Part shown: positions 39,801 through 49,994 of the stretch, in pieces
Position numbering within the stretch: position 1 is the first letter of the stretch
How the letters are laid out: each line of letters begins with the position of its first letter
From: an uncultured Planctomycetaceae bacterium
GTDB taxonomy: Bacteria > Planctomycetota > Planctomycetia > Planctomycetales > Planctomycetaceae
Length of the DNA: 64,000 bases
Direction of reading: 5' to 3'
NCBI GenBank assembly: GCA_963815195.1
Contig: CAWFGE010000010.1
Location: 64,001 to 128,000 of the forward strand
Notes under the pieces: model-generated
What the model saw: the letters and a program-made list of their open reading frames with translations, nothing else
What the model was told of the DNA's origin: nothing
The model's database searches: none
Made by a program: the position numbers and the translations under genes

Positions 39801-40010
39801 CTCGGCAAACGCGGCGTCTTTCTGATCGAACCGCAATTTGGTTTGCCGGGCTTTCGTATCGGGGCCGTGGCATTGGTAGCAGGTATTGGACAACAGCGGC
39901 CGAATGTCGCGGTTAAAGTCCACCTTGTCCTGGGCAAGAGCTGGAACGCCGGTCGCGAGCAGGATCGCCAAAGCCCAGCGCATCCCGCGCGGCACGTCGA
40001 GACATTGCAT
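36888..40010 (-). CDS. PSD1 / planctomycete cytochrome c (PSCyt1-DUF1549-DUF1553) protein
   Basis: CYQCHGPD, HWAF, WLDAARYGDT, CAVCHEHKFDP, NRLALARWL, TNTPLQAL. Confidence 0.95.
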   Translation of the reverse strand: MQCLDVPRGMRWALAILLATGVPALAQDKVDFNRDIRPLLSNTCYQCHGPDTKARQTKLRFDQKDAAFAELESGGRAIVPGDRKQSQLYQRITQSDSSLRMPPADSGKELSAKEIELIGRWIDQGAEWRGHWAFISPEHQQPPKTKWPEKVRNPIDQFVYARLEKEGLQPAQEASKTALIRRVTFDLTGLPPTLKEIDDFLADDSPDAYEKVVDRLLRSPRYGEHLARYWLDAARYGDTHGLHLDNERSLWPYRNWVMDSFNNNKPFDQFTVEQLAGDLLPSATLDQKIATGFNRCNVTTSEGGSIAEEYRVRYAIDRTETTATVWMGLTVGCAVCHEHKFDPISQQEFYSLYAYFNNTADNAMDGNALLPPPVIKVASEEDLQKETELQNQIAAIRGKIKQRAAEVKYEEPDDAPAISGEPRDFVWIEDDLPSGAQPAGNEGPKKSWKFVTAPKAPVYAGIKSSVRTSNGLTQHFFTNANPGLKVGEGDKLFAYVWLDPKNPPKEVMLQFNNGSWEHRAIWGEDVIPWGAANTPSRHAVGTLPEAGKWVRLEVAAAEVGLKPGETINGWAFTQHDGTVYWDHAGIVTKTPQSGQGYQSLLAWEAAQKAAKNPNLSADVEAALKVEPEKRSKDQQQTLQAYFIENVHVDSQPLFAPLRKDIAEIEAELDSLRKSMASTMIMAEQPNKRETYVLTRGQYDQPDKSQKVEPGVPSVLPALPKDAPPNRLALARWLVDPKHPLTARVTVNRYWQRFFGTGIVKTAEDFGSQGEWPSHPALLDWLATEFIDSGWNIKHMQKLIVMSHTYRQNSLVSPKLAAGDPENRLLARGPRFRLDAEEIRDNALAISGLLVEKVGGKSVKPYQPPGLWKAVGYTSSNTANFKKDAGNALYRRSVYTFWKRTSPPPSMSTFDAPSREACTVRRARTNTPLQALVLMNDIQFVEAARHLGERLMTSGGDTPEERIAHGFRLATARYPTKDESAVLLKLYEDQLQTYRKDAEAAMKLISVGDSPRNMELDPAEHAAWTMIGSVLLNLDETVTKG

Positions 40011-40123
40011 TCAAGACACCTCGGATTTTTTTCGTTCACAGCGGTTGTTTTGGAAACGTATCAACACATTTCAGTTTAACAACCGGGCCCCGCCGAGGTC
40101 GAGCGGTGCGGCCGAATGTTCTC

Positions 40124-41965
40124 TCATTCCGGGGCTTTCGTTTCCCGCAGTGGCGATTTCAAAATCTCGACGGCGGCCGCAATTGTTTTCGGATCACGAG
40201 AGAGTTCGTTGTGGCTGAGTTTGAAGTTCCGCACATCCGGCACGCCGGCGAGTTTCGCGCTCTTGGTCGAAACCACGAGATCCCCTTGCATCACCTCTTC
40301 AGGCAGTTGCAGCTTCTTGAGCTTTCGCAAAGACCGCGCGGTCTCCCGCCTCACGAGCCAGGGAGCATCGGATGATGCGACTTTGCGGATCAACATCCCC
40401 TGGGCCAGTTCGACGCTCTCCCGAAACACCAGCCCGCCCAGAGTGCCGAAGCGGTTCCCCCGCAGGATGGCATACCGGCTGCGGTCGACCTCGCGATCGT
40501 TCAAATAATTCAGGAACAAACTGCCCGGCTGCAGGTCGTGGCGAATTTGCTCCTGCCCGTCGCGGATGACGCTTTCGACCGCTTCGCTGTAGCCTTCCCG
40601 TAACTCTTTCACGAACTGCTTGATCTCGACGACCGGTCGCAGCCGCGCAAGGTCCGAGCCGTGATTCGGCGTGCCTTCGAGGATGATCCGCTGAAAGGAG
40701 CCACCGAGCGCTTCCGCATAATACCGCACCACCAGACCGCCCGCGCTGTGGCACACGAAATCGATCTTCGTCTCGGGCTCGAAATGTCGGGAAACCTCGT
40801 GAAACAACAACGTGCCCATGCGGGACAGGCTGGCGTCGCCGGGATATTGAAAACCCAGAATGCGGTGCCTGCGAAACGCGTCATCGCTGGCAAGCGCCCG
40901 GGCCAGATCGATGTAGCAGCGGGTCAGCGAGGAATCCATTCCATGCACGAGCACGATCACCGGTTCGTTGGCCGTGATGTGCAGGTCGCGGGGTTTGATC
41001 CACTGGTCCGAGCCGGTGTGGTACTCCCACAGGCCGAACTCGGCTCCGCGAACGATGCCGTCGCGGTCGATGCACAACTGCCGCAGCCGGTCCGCGGCGG
41101 TGGGGCGGTTTTTCTTCTCCGCGGCGTTGTCGTTCGAGAGCAGTGCATGGGCCGAGTCGCTGTGCAAATCGCCGCCGGCGTCTTCCGTCAAAACGCCCTG
41201 CCGGAGCACATCCCAGCCCGCCTGGACATCGAACCCGGCATTCCGGCAGAGATGGGCCGCAAACAAATCCGCCTCGTATTCCTGCTGGGGTTCGTAGAGA
41301 AACTCCAGCTTATCGCCGGTGTGCTCGATGCACCGCCGGATCGCCCGCTGCAGCTTGATGATTTCGATCTTCCCCACGGGGTCCAGCTTGGCGATCCGCT
41401 CCAACTTCAACAGCTGATACCGGACCCGGCAATGCTTGCGGACGATGTGCCCCATCTCGTGGGCCAAGACGAACGCCAAGCGGTCCTCGGCGTGGTTTTC
41501 GTGCTTCGTCACCGTTTCGTAAACGGGCCGGCTGAGATACAAATATCCCCCGCCGACGGTCCAGGCCCAATACTCCGGGGTTTCGATGATCGTCAGCGAA
41601 TACTCAAAGTCCGCAGGAGCCGCCGCCGGCAGATGTTTCGCCAGGCGATCGATCACTTTCTGAGCCGATTCCGGCGCCGGCGAACTCTCGAAGGAGCCGA
41701 GCACCTTCCGATGCTCCGCCTTGGCCATTTCCCGTTCGTCTTCCGCCGACAACGGCGTGCGGGCAATGCCCAAGCCGGTGATCCAACCGTAAAAGGCTTC
41801 CCGGGGCTGTTCGGTCCGCCGATCCGGTCCCGCCAGCACCCGCCGATCGATTGCCTGGCGTTCCTTTTCGGGGAATGCCCTGAGATCCACCGCGACGGCC
41901 GGTTGGCAAAGCGAAAGAACGCAAACGATCCAAAACACAAATCGCGAAGTCATCCGGGATCGCAT
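40124..41965 (-). CDS. M48 metallopeptidase fused to an alpha/beta-hydrolase (lipase-like) domain
   Basis: signal peptide; HEMGH...EYEAD; LVHG, CHSAGG, GTPNHGS, GDLVV, SHNEL. Confidence 0.8.
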   Translation of the reverse strand: MRSRMTSRFVFWIVCVLSLCQPAVAVDLRAFPEKERQAIDRRVLAGPDRRTEQPREAFYGWITGLGIARTPLSAEDEREMAKAEHRKVLGSFESSPAPESAQKVIDRLAKHLPAAAPADFEYSLTIIETPEYWAWTVGGGYLYLSRPVYETVTKHENHAEDRLAFVLAHEMGHIVRKHCRVRYQLLKLERIAKLDPVGKIEIIKLQRAIRRCIEHTGDKLEFLYEPQQEYEADLFAAHLCRNAGFDVQAGWDVLRQGVLTEDAGGDLHSDSAHALLSNDNAAEKKNRPTAADRLRQLCIDRDGIVRGAEFGLWEYHTGSDQWIKPRDLHITANEPVIVLVHGMDSSLTRCYIDLARALASDDAFRRHRILGFQYPGDASLSRMGTLLFHEVSRHFEPETKIDFVCHSAGGLVVRYYAEALGGSFQRIILEGTPNHGSDLARLRPVVEIKQFVKELREGYSEAVESVIRDGQEQIRHDLQPGSLFLNYLNDREVDRSRYAILRGNRFGTLGGLVFRESVELAQGMLIRKVASSDAPWLVRRETARSLRKLKKLQLPEEVMQGDLVVSTKSAKLAGVPDVRNFKLSHNELSRDPKTIAAAVEILKSPLRETKAPE

Positions 41966-42005
41966 AAGAACCTCGTTCGATGGAAAGCGCGGATGTGATG
42001 CCAAG

Positions 42006-42068
42006 GAGAGCCGCGCACGAAGTAAGCGGTAAGGGCGATGCAGTCCGCTTACTTCGTGCGCGGCTCTC
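42006..42068. repeat. REP family D inverted doublet
   Basis: perfect 24-bp IR GAGAGCCGCGCACGAAGTAAGCGG with a 15-nt spacer. Confidence 0.85.
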
Positions 42069-42119
42069 GGGCCAACAGTCCTACCTCATTCCACCGCTCG
42101 CCGTTTCGCTTTTTTCGCG

Positions 42120-43067
42120 TCACGCATTCTGCATCGTCGGCACCGCAACATCCGTGAGGATTTGCTCGACCACCGCGGCGGGGGTGATTTTTCGCAGCCG
42201 GCTTTCGGGGCGGAGGATCATCCGGTGCGACAGAATCGGCGGGGCGACGCGCTTGATGTCGTCGGGCGTCGTGAAATCGTGCCCGCGAATCCCCGCCAAG
42301 GCCTGCGAAGCCCGGTAGAGAGCAATCGACGCCCGCGGGCTGCCGCCCAAGAGAATGTCCTCATGGTCGCGGGTCGCGTGCACGATGTCCAAGATGTAAT
42401 CCCGCACTTTCGGATCGACGTGCACCTCGCGAATCGCTTTCTGGCAGGCGATGACTTCCTCGGCAGTGACCACCGGCCGCAGGCGGTCGATGGGATGGGA
42501 GGTCCGCAGACGCTCCAGCATTTCGCCTTCTTCCTTGTGTGTCGGGTAGCCCAGGCTCAGCCGGATCAAGAACCGGTCGAGTTGGGCTTCGGGTAGCGGG
42601 AACGTGCCTTCGTGGTCCACCGGGTTCTGCGTGGCGATCACCATAAACGGCGGCTCGAGGTCGTACGTCTTCCCGTCCACCGTCACGCGCCGCTCGGCCA
42701 TCGCTTCCAAAAGAGCCGCCTGCGTCCGCGGCGTCGTGCGGTTGATTTCATCGGCGAGCAGAATCTGCGTGAACAACGGGCCCGGCCGAAACTCGAACTC
42801 GGCCGTCTTGGGGTTGAACACCGACGCCCCGGTAATGTCCGTCGGCAACAAATCGGGCGTGCATTGGATGCGGTTGAATTCGCAGCCCACGCTCGCGGCG
42901 AGCGCGCGGGCGAGGATGGTTTTCGCGACGCCGGGCACATCTTCCAGGAGGATATGCCCTTCGCAAAAGTAAGCCACCAGCGCCAGCACGATTTCCTGGC
43001 GTTTGCCGATGACGACGTCTTCGATGTTGGAAATGATTTTTTTCGCGGTCGCGGTGACGTTGGTCAT
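42120..43067 (-). CDS. MoxR family AAA+ ATPase
   Basis: EDVPGVAKT, RIQCTPDLLP, LADEINR, ATQNP, LPEAQLDRF. Confidence 0.95.
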   Translation of the reverse strand: MTNVTATAKKIISNIEDVVIGKRQEIVLALVAYFCEGHILLEDVPGVAKTILARALAASVGCEFNRIQCTPDLLPTDITGASVFNPKTAEFEFRPGPLFTQILLADEINRTTPRTQAALLEAMAERRVTVDGKTYDLEPPFMVIATQNPVDHEGTFPLPEAQLDRFLIRLSLGYPTHKEEGEMLERLRTSHPIDRLRPVVTAEEVIACQKAIREVHVDPKVRDYILDIVHATRDHEDILLGGSPRASIALYRASQALAGIRGHDFTTPDDIKRVAPPILSHRMILRPESRLRKITPAAVVEQILTDVAVPTMQNA

Positions 43068-43296
43068 AAGAAGAATATTTCAGAGCCGTGGGACATCATC
43101 AGAACCATCACGATACCATCCCCCCCGCCGGGAGGGAAACCGGCATTGAAATGATTCGCCCGGGGCCAAGTTTTGTCTATGATCTTCGGGCAACCCGGGC
43201 TGCCAAAGTTGATTGCAAAATTCCATTCACACCACTTGCCATAGTGTTCGTTTGCATCATATAATACTGAAGTTGAATCTCAAATGGGACGATTTC

Positions 43297-43537
43297 ATGA
43301 TCTATGCAGCGCTCGGCGTGCCGGAGGTTTGGCGGTTCGACGGGGAGCGGTCTTCTGTCATACCACCTCAAACCGACCGGCGAACACGCGGAACCATCCC
43401 CGCAGAGTCTCGCGTTTCCCCAAGTCCCGCTGTCCGGGTTACTGGTTTTCATAGATCGCGCTCCTTCGCTGGATGATGGCAGCTTGCCGCGGGAGTTTCG
43501 GGATTGGCTGCGATCGGCGATTCGCGCGACGGAATAG
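43297..43537 (+). pseudogene. C-terminal remnant of a Uma2 (DUF820) endonuclease
   Basis: IYAALGVPEVWRFDG, then frameshifted SLAFP...REFRDW; N-terminus absent. Confidence 0.7.
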
Positions 43538-43568
43538 ATTCGTGTCTTCATCAAACGGAACGGCCGGC

Positions 43569-45954
43569 ATGAAGGTGGTGCTCGCGGAAAAACCCTCCGT
43601 CGCCCGCGACTTGGCGGCCTTCCTGCGGGCTTCGGCCCGGCACGAAGGATACTTCGAGGGCAACGGCTACCAGGTCACCTGGTCTTACGGGCATCTGGTG
43701 GGCCTTAAAGACCCGGACGAATACGACCCGACCTGGAAATCGTGGAAGCTCGAAACGCTGCCCATCGTGCCCGCCGAGTTCGAGTTGAAAACCTTGAACG
43801 AACGCGGCGGCAAGCAGCAATTCGACGTGATTCGCCGGCTGTTCCGGCAGGCGGACGAAATCATCGGCGCCACCGACGCCGGCCGCGAAGGGGAATTGAT
43901 CTTTCGCTACATCCTCGCCATGACCGGCTGCGAGCGGAAGCCGATTTCCCGCGTGTGGCTGAGTTCCCTGACGCCCCAAGCCATCCGCCAGGCCTTCCAA
44001 CAACTCCGCCCGGCGAGCGACTACAACAACCTCTACGCCGCCGCCAAATGCCGCAGCGAAGCCGACTGGATCGTGGGCCTCAACGCGACGCGGAACTACA
44101 CCGTGCGGTTCGGCGGATACGGGCGAGCTGTGGAGTGCCGGCCGCGTGCAGACGCCGGTCTTGGCGCTGTTGGCCCTACGGGATGAGGAAATCCGCACGT
44201 TCCGCTCCGAGCCGTTCTGGGAACTGCTCACAAAATACCGCGAGGTGCTGTTCCGCTTTGCGGGCGATCGGTTTTTCAAACAAGACGACGCTCAGCAGGT
44301 GCTCGAAAAAGTCACCGGCCAACCGCTTTCGATCAAGGAAATTCAAACGAAGGAAGAGCGGCTGTTTCCGCCCCGGCTGTATGATCTCACGGAACTCCAG
44401 CGGGACATGAATCGGCGGTTCGGACTGTCGGCCGCGGAGACGCTCAAAATCGCCCAGGCTCTTTACGAGCACAAGCTCATCACCTATCCCCGCACCGATT
44501 CGCGGTATCTGCCGAGCGATTTGAAACCGGAGATCCCCAACATCCTCCAAAAGCTCCGCGACCAAAAACCGGCCGAGATCGATGCTCTCCATTTGAACGC
44601 GCTCCCGTTCTCCGCGAGCATCATCAACGACAAGAAAGTCACGGACCACCACGCGATTATCCCCACGGGGAACACGTCGGAAAAACTTTCCCGCCGGGAG
44701 CAGCAGGTGTTCGATGCGTTGCTCGTGCGGTTGATTGCGGTGTTTTATCCGGTGTGCTTGAAGGAAGTCACCACGGTCTTCGCCGAGAGTGCCCGGGTGC
44801 CGTTTCGGGCGCGGGGCGTCCGCGTGACGCAGCCGGGTTGGACCGCGCTTTATCCCCGCAAGGAAAAGTCCAAACCGAAGGACAATCCCGATTCCGAAAA
44901 TGAGGAAACCGATTCGGAAGAGCAAACGCTGCCCGATTTCCAGCAGGGCGAATCGGGGCCGCACGAACCATTCGTCCGGGAAGGCCACACCAAGCCGCCG
45001 CCGCACTTCACGGAGAACACGCTCTTGGGGGCGATGGAGACCGCCGGCAAACTGGTGGACGATGAGGAACTCAAAGAGGCCCTCAAAGAGCGCGGCTTGG
45101 GCACGCCGGCGACCAGGGCCTCGATCATCGAAACTTTGCTCAAGCGAGGCTACATCGCCCGGCAGAAAAAGAACCTCCTCGCCACCGACAGCGGGCGGTA
45201 TCTGGTGGCGATCATTCAGGACGACAACCTAAAATCCGCCGAACTCACCGGCGAATGGGAAGCCCGGCTCCGCCGAATCGAAACGGGCGGGCTCGCAGCG
45301 GGCGACTTCATGCGGGACATCGAAACCTTCACCCAAAACATCGTGACGCGGGAATCGCCCGCAATCGATCTGGCCCGCTGGGGCGATTGCCCACGGTGCG
45401 GAAAGCCGATCATCGAAGGCAAACGCGGCTACGGCTGCTCGGGCTGGAAAGACGGCTGCCCGTTCGTCTTGTGGCGGGAGCACCGCGGGATGACGCTGTC
45501 CCCCGATCAAATCCGCACGCTGCTCCAATGCGGGGCGATTCTGGAACCGGTGTCGATCGAGAACATCCCGCTTTTGCTTACTCTGACCAAGACCGGAGCC
45601 ATCGGCGAAATCCCCATGCCCAAAGCCGGCGGGCGTTCGCAAAAATCAAACGGAAAAGGCCGCGCGAACGGCCGAGCCAAGACCGCGGAAAAAGTTCTGG
45701 GCTCCTGCCCGCTGTGCGGGGCGGATGTGATCGAGCAGCCCAAATCGTTCGGCTGCAACGCCTGGCGGGACGGCTGCAAGTTCGCCATCTGGAAATCGAT
45801 CGCCGGCAAACGCATCGGCATCACCACCGCAAAAACCCTCTTAAAAACCGGCGAAACCAAAAAGCTCAAAGGCTTCAAATCGAAAGCCGGCAAACCGTTT
45901 GAAGCCAAATTGAAACTCGAAGCCGGCGAAGTCCGGTTCGTGTTCGAGGATTGA
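43569..45954 (+). CDS. topB: DNA topoisomerase III with C-terminal Zn-ribbon repeats; one frameshift at ~44130
   Basis: LAEKPSVARD, ATDAGREGELI, ITYPRTDS, GLGTPATRA, FKSKAGKPF. Confidence 0.93.
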
Positions 45955-45969
45955 GGCGGAGAATCGGCT

Positions 45970-46224
45970 CTACGGCGTTGACAAGGGACGAACACAATCG
46001 GGTTCGACAGAAATCTTGCGGACGTGCCAACCCTCGCTCAATAAATCCGCGATCGCGCTATGGAGCGCATCATCCAGAGAGTCCGCCTCTCGGTCGAAGT
46101 GAATGTAGGTTCTCCCGTCGCCACTGGCGACCGACGCATCCTGCAGCTTGCCATAGAATGCATCCAACACGTCGAGATTATCGATGGACTCTTCGATTGT
46201 TATGGTGAAATTGTACAGTTTCAT
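45970..46224 (-). CDS. small hypothetical protein, possible orphan antitoxin-like
   Basis: YNFTI...FDREADSLDDALHSAIADL; AT-richer than flanks. Confidence 0.6.
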   Translation of the reverse strand: MKLYNFTITIEESIDNLDVLDAFYGKLQDASVASGDGRTYIHFDREADSLDDALHSAIADLLSEGWHVRKISVEPDCVRPLSTP

Positions 46225-46260
46225 CAGCTCGCCTTAATTCAGCGTTCCAACTTTCGGACA

Positions 46261-46353
46261 TAGGGCCGAAGGTCCGGCCCTATGTCAGCCCAGGGCACAG
46301 CCCTGGGAATGGGAACAAACAAAACTCCAAAAGCCCCAAACGGGGCGGTCCTA
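46261..46353. repeat. REP family E (AGGGCCGAAGG / CCCAGGGC-N3-GCCCTGGG type), partial
   Basis: TAGGGCCG-AAGGTC-CGGCCCTA, CCCAGGGC-ACA-GCCCTGGG and GCCCC-AAAC-GGGGC hairpins in series. Confidence 0.6.
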
Positions 46354-46593
46354 AACAGTAGGAGCCTCGGTCCGCGGCGAGAGTTCTAATCTCCATAGGC
46401 CGCCTCGTTGAGCTCTCGTTTCCTGTCTCATTAGGATTATGACTTTATCCGGCAGGCAGACTTCGTCCAAGTTGGCCATTTGGGGTGGTGCTCGGAATTG
46501 GCGTGTTCGAGGATTGAGCGGGGTCGTCGAACCGGCTCCGCCGAGCCATTCTCCGATTGCCACAAGAGCCGCGGCCGCTACAATAGCAGCACG

Positions 46594-49500
46594 ATGCCCA
46601 CGCAACGGCAAGGAATTTGCGCGTTAGGGGATCTGGTGCCCCTGTTTCACCAGAGGGACGACTTCAGCCGCGTGGCGGAGGCTCTTAAAGCCGGAAAGAA
46701 CGCCGCCGTCGATGGAGCCTGGGGCTCTGCCTGCGCGCTGGCGGCTTCCGCACTCATGGCTGCGCGGCCGGCGGGCGGGACGCTGCTTGTCGTCTTGCCC
46801 ACGATTCAAGAGGTGGACGACTTCGCCCTCGACGTGTCGAACTTCGCCGGCGTCGCCCCCGCGATTTTCCCCGCCTGGGAATCGCTGCCGCAGGAGCACA
46901 ATGTCAGCGATGTCGTGTTCGGGGCGCGGCTGCGCGTGCTGCGTTCGTTGGAATCCGCCGACCCGCCGCCGGTCGTGGTGACGAGCATCACCGCCCTTCT
47001 GCAATCCGTCCCGCCGCGACAGGAACGCCTCGCCGGCACCCGCACGCTCGCCGTCGGCCAGGAAATCGATCCCGGAGAACTTTTGGATTGGCTGATCGAG
47101 CGTGGCTTCGACCGCGTGCCCGCTTTGGAAGCCCCCGGCGAGTTCAGCATGCACGGCGGCATCGTCGATCTCTTTCCCCCCGATGCCCTCGATCCCATCC
47201 GCATCGAATTCTTCGGCGACGAGATCGAATCCCTCCGCACCTTCGACATCGAGTCGCAGCGGAAGCTCGATGATCTTCAGCAAGTTACATTGACGTTGCT
47301 CACGCCTCAGAGTTTAGTAGAGGCGAGCGGACCAACCTTCGGTCGGTGCCCGCGTAAGCCCCATGATCGTGTCGATTCTGCAAAATCCAACGGGCAAAAA
47401 ACAACGGACGAATCTTTGCTCGCTTCCCTTCCCGCGGGGAGTTGGGCGGGGTTGGTCGAGTTGGCTCAGTTGCGGGAATCCGGGCAGGCGTACTTGGAGC
47501 GGTTGGGGCATCCGCGGGGATTGTTTTCCGTCGAAGAGGCGCTCGCGGCGTGTGCGGGCTTTCCGACCGTCACGCTTACCGCGCTCGGAGCCGACACCGG
47601 CGAGACAACTTGCCGATTGCAGGTCGAGTCCATCGAACGCTTCACCGGACCTCGGCACGAAGTCTTGCACGAACTCGCCGGCGTCGTCGCGCGGGACGAG
47701 CGGGTGCTTCTGTCCTGCCATAACGAAGCCGAGAAAAACCGCCTCGCCGAACTCTTGAGCGAATCCGACGTCACCATCGGCGAAGAGGTGCAACTTTGCG
47801 TGGGCCGGGTGCATCGCGGATTTCGGCTGGTCGGCGAACGGCTGGTCGTCTTGAGCGACCACGAACTCTTCGGCCGCACGGAACTCCGCCGCACCGCCCG
47901 CCGGCGAAAAAAAAACCTCGAAACCCGCGTGATCGACAGTTTCCTCGAACTGCGGGAGAACGACCTGGTCGTGCATCTGGCCAACGGCATCGGCCGGTAT
48001 CGCGGGATGAAAAAGCTCAAAGCCGACGACCAGATGCGAGGAGCATCTCGCGATCGAATTCCACGGCGGGGTGATGGTCTACGTGCCGGTGTCGCTGATT
48101 CATCTCGTCCAAAAATACGTGGGAGCCGCCAAAGCCTCGCCGCAGTTATCCAAGCTGGGCGGCACGTCTTGGGCCAAGAAAAAGCAGCGGGTCACGCGGT
48201 CGGTGTTGGACATGGCCAGCGACATGATCCGCCTGCAGGCGGCCCGCGAATCGAAGCCCGGCCTCGCCTGCCCGCCCGACTCGCATTGGCAGCACGAGTT
48301 CGACGCCTCCTTCCCCTACACGCCCACCGAAGACCAGGACGAGGCCATCGTCAACGTCAAAAACGACCTCGAGCAACCGCGGCCGATGGACCGCCTGATC
48401 TGCGGCGACGTGGGCTTCGGCAAGACGGAAGTCGCCATGCGGTCGGCGTTCAAAGTCGTCGACGCCGGCCGCCAGGTCGCCGTGCTCGTGCCGACGACCG
48501 TGCTCGCCGAGCAGCATTACCGCACCTTCTGCGAACGCATGGCCGAGTTCCCGATCACCATCGAAAGCCTGTCCCGCTTCAAATCCAAACGCGAGCAGCG
48601 GGACATCCTCGAACGCATGGCCGCGGGCGGCGTCGACATCGTCATCGGCACGCATCGCCTCGTTCAAAAAGACGTCCAGTTCAAAAACCTGGGCCTGTTG
48701 ATCATCGATGAAGAGCAGCGGTTCGGCGTCGAGGCCAAGGAGATGCTCAAGGAGATGCGGCTGGAAGTCGACGTGCTTACGCTCTCGGCCACGCCGATCC
48801 CCCGCACGCTGCACATGTCGATCCTGGGCATCCGCGACATTTCCAACCTGACCACCGCCCCGCAGGAACGGGTGCCGATCGAAACACGGATCACGCAGTT
48901 TGATGAATCCTTGATCAAAAGCGCGATCATCCGCGAACTCAACCGCGGCGGCCAGGTGTATTTCGTCCATAACCGCGTTTATAACATTGAGCACGTCGCC
49001 GACCGCATTCGCAAAATCGTCCCCGAAGCCACGGTCGATATCGTCCACGGCCAGATGCCCGAAGGCCAATTGGAAGATGCGATGTTCCAATTCGTCACGG
49101 GCCAGACCGATGTGCTGGTGGCGACGACGATCATCGAAAGCGGCCTCGACATTCCCAACGCGAACACGATCTTCATCAACCAGGCTGACAAATACGGCCT
49201 CGCGGATCTGCACCAACTCCGCGGCCGCGTGGGCCGGTACAAGCACCGGGCCTATTGCTACCTGGTTCTGGAGGAAGGCCGGGTGCTGACGACGGACGCC
49301 GCCAAACGGCTAAAAGCCATCGAGGAGTTCAGCGAGCTCGGCGCGGGCTTTCGCATCTCGATGCGGGACCTGGAAATCCGCGGCGCCGGGAACATTTTAG
49401 GCACGGAGCAAAGCGGGCATATCGCCTCGGTGGGTTACGAGCTTTACTGCCAGCTTCTGGAGAATTCCGTCCGCACGCTCCGGAAAGAGCCGCTCCGCGA

Positions 49501-49933
49501 GCATCGGCATGTGGAAGTCGATCTGCCGGTGACCGCGTTTTTCCCGGAAAGCTACATCCCCCCGGGCCGGCACAAGATCGAGGCCTACCGCAAACTCTCG
49601 AACGTCAAAAGCTTTGAAGACCTCGCCGAGTTCACCGAGGAACTCCGCGACCGCTTCGGCCCGTTGCCCGAAGAAGTCGACCGCCTCTGCCGGGTGAAAG
49701 AACTCCAGCTTCGCGCCATCGGTTGGAACATCGACCACATCCGCCTCGAAGAAGGCTACGCCGTCTTCCGCTACCGCGACGCAAAGAAGATCCAAAACCT
49801 AAAAACCCAAATCGGCTCCGACCTAAGAATCGTCGATCAAGAATCCGCGTATCTAGTTTTGCCTAAAGATGATTTGGTGGGCGATGCGCTGTTGAATTAT
49901 TTGCTTAAGATACTTGGTGTGCAAGTGAAGTAG
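46594..49933 (+). CDS. mfd: transcription-repair coupling factor; one frameshift at ~48035
   Basis: RIEFFGDEIES, GDVGFGKTEVA, DEEQRFG, QLRGRVGR, DLEIRGAGNILG, TRCF domain. Confidence 0.95.
47321..47357. repeat. 37-nt mini-element, copy 2, in-frame inside mfd (encodes ASGPTFGRCPR)
   Basis: AGGCGAGCGGACCAACCTTCGGTCGGTGCCCGCGTAA. Confidence 0.85.
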
Positions 49934-49994
49934 GGTGGGCATTGCCCATCAGCCTTGAACGCGTTTTCAATTGGTGGGCGATGGCCGCCCTTGC
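49930..49994. repeat. GTAG-type REP doublet
   Basis: GTAGGGTGGGCATTGCCCATC plus a degenerate inverted arm; its TAG is the mfd stop. Confidence 0.7.

Noticed and set aside
37119..40079. 986-aa + strand ORF (and similar long ORFs at 9547, 11929, 18369, 20159, 24967, 40661)
   Set aside because: Antisense shadows of high-GC genes; R/G/V-rich with no motifs
44120..48060. Programmed frameshifting in topB or mfd
   Set aside because: No slippery heptamer at the shift points; same pattern as the other indels
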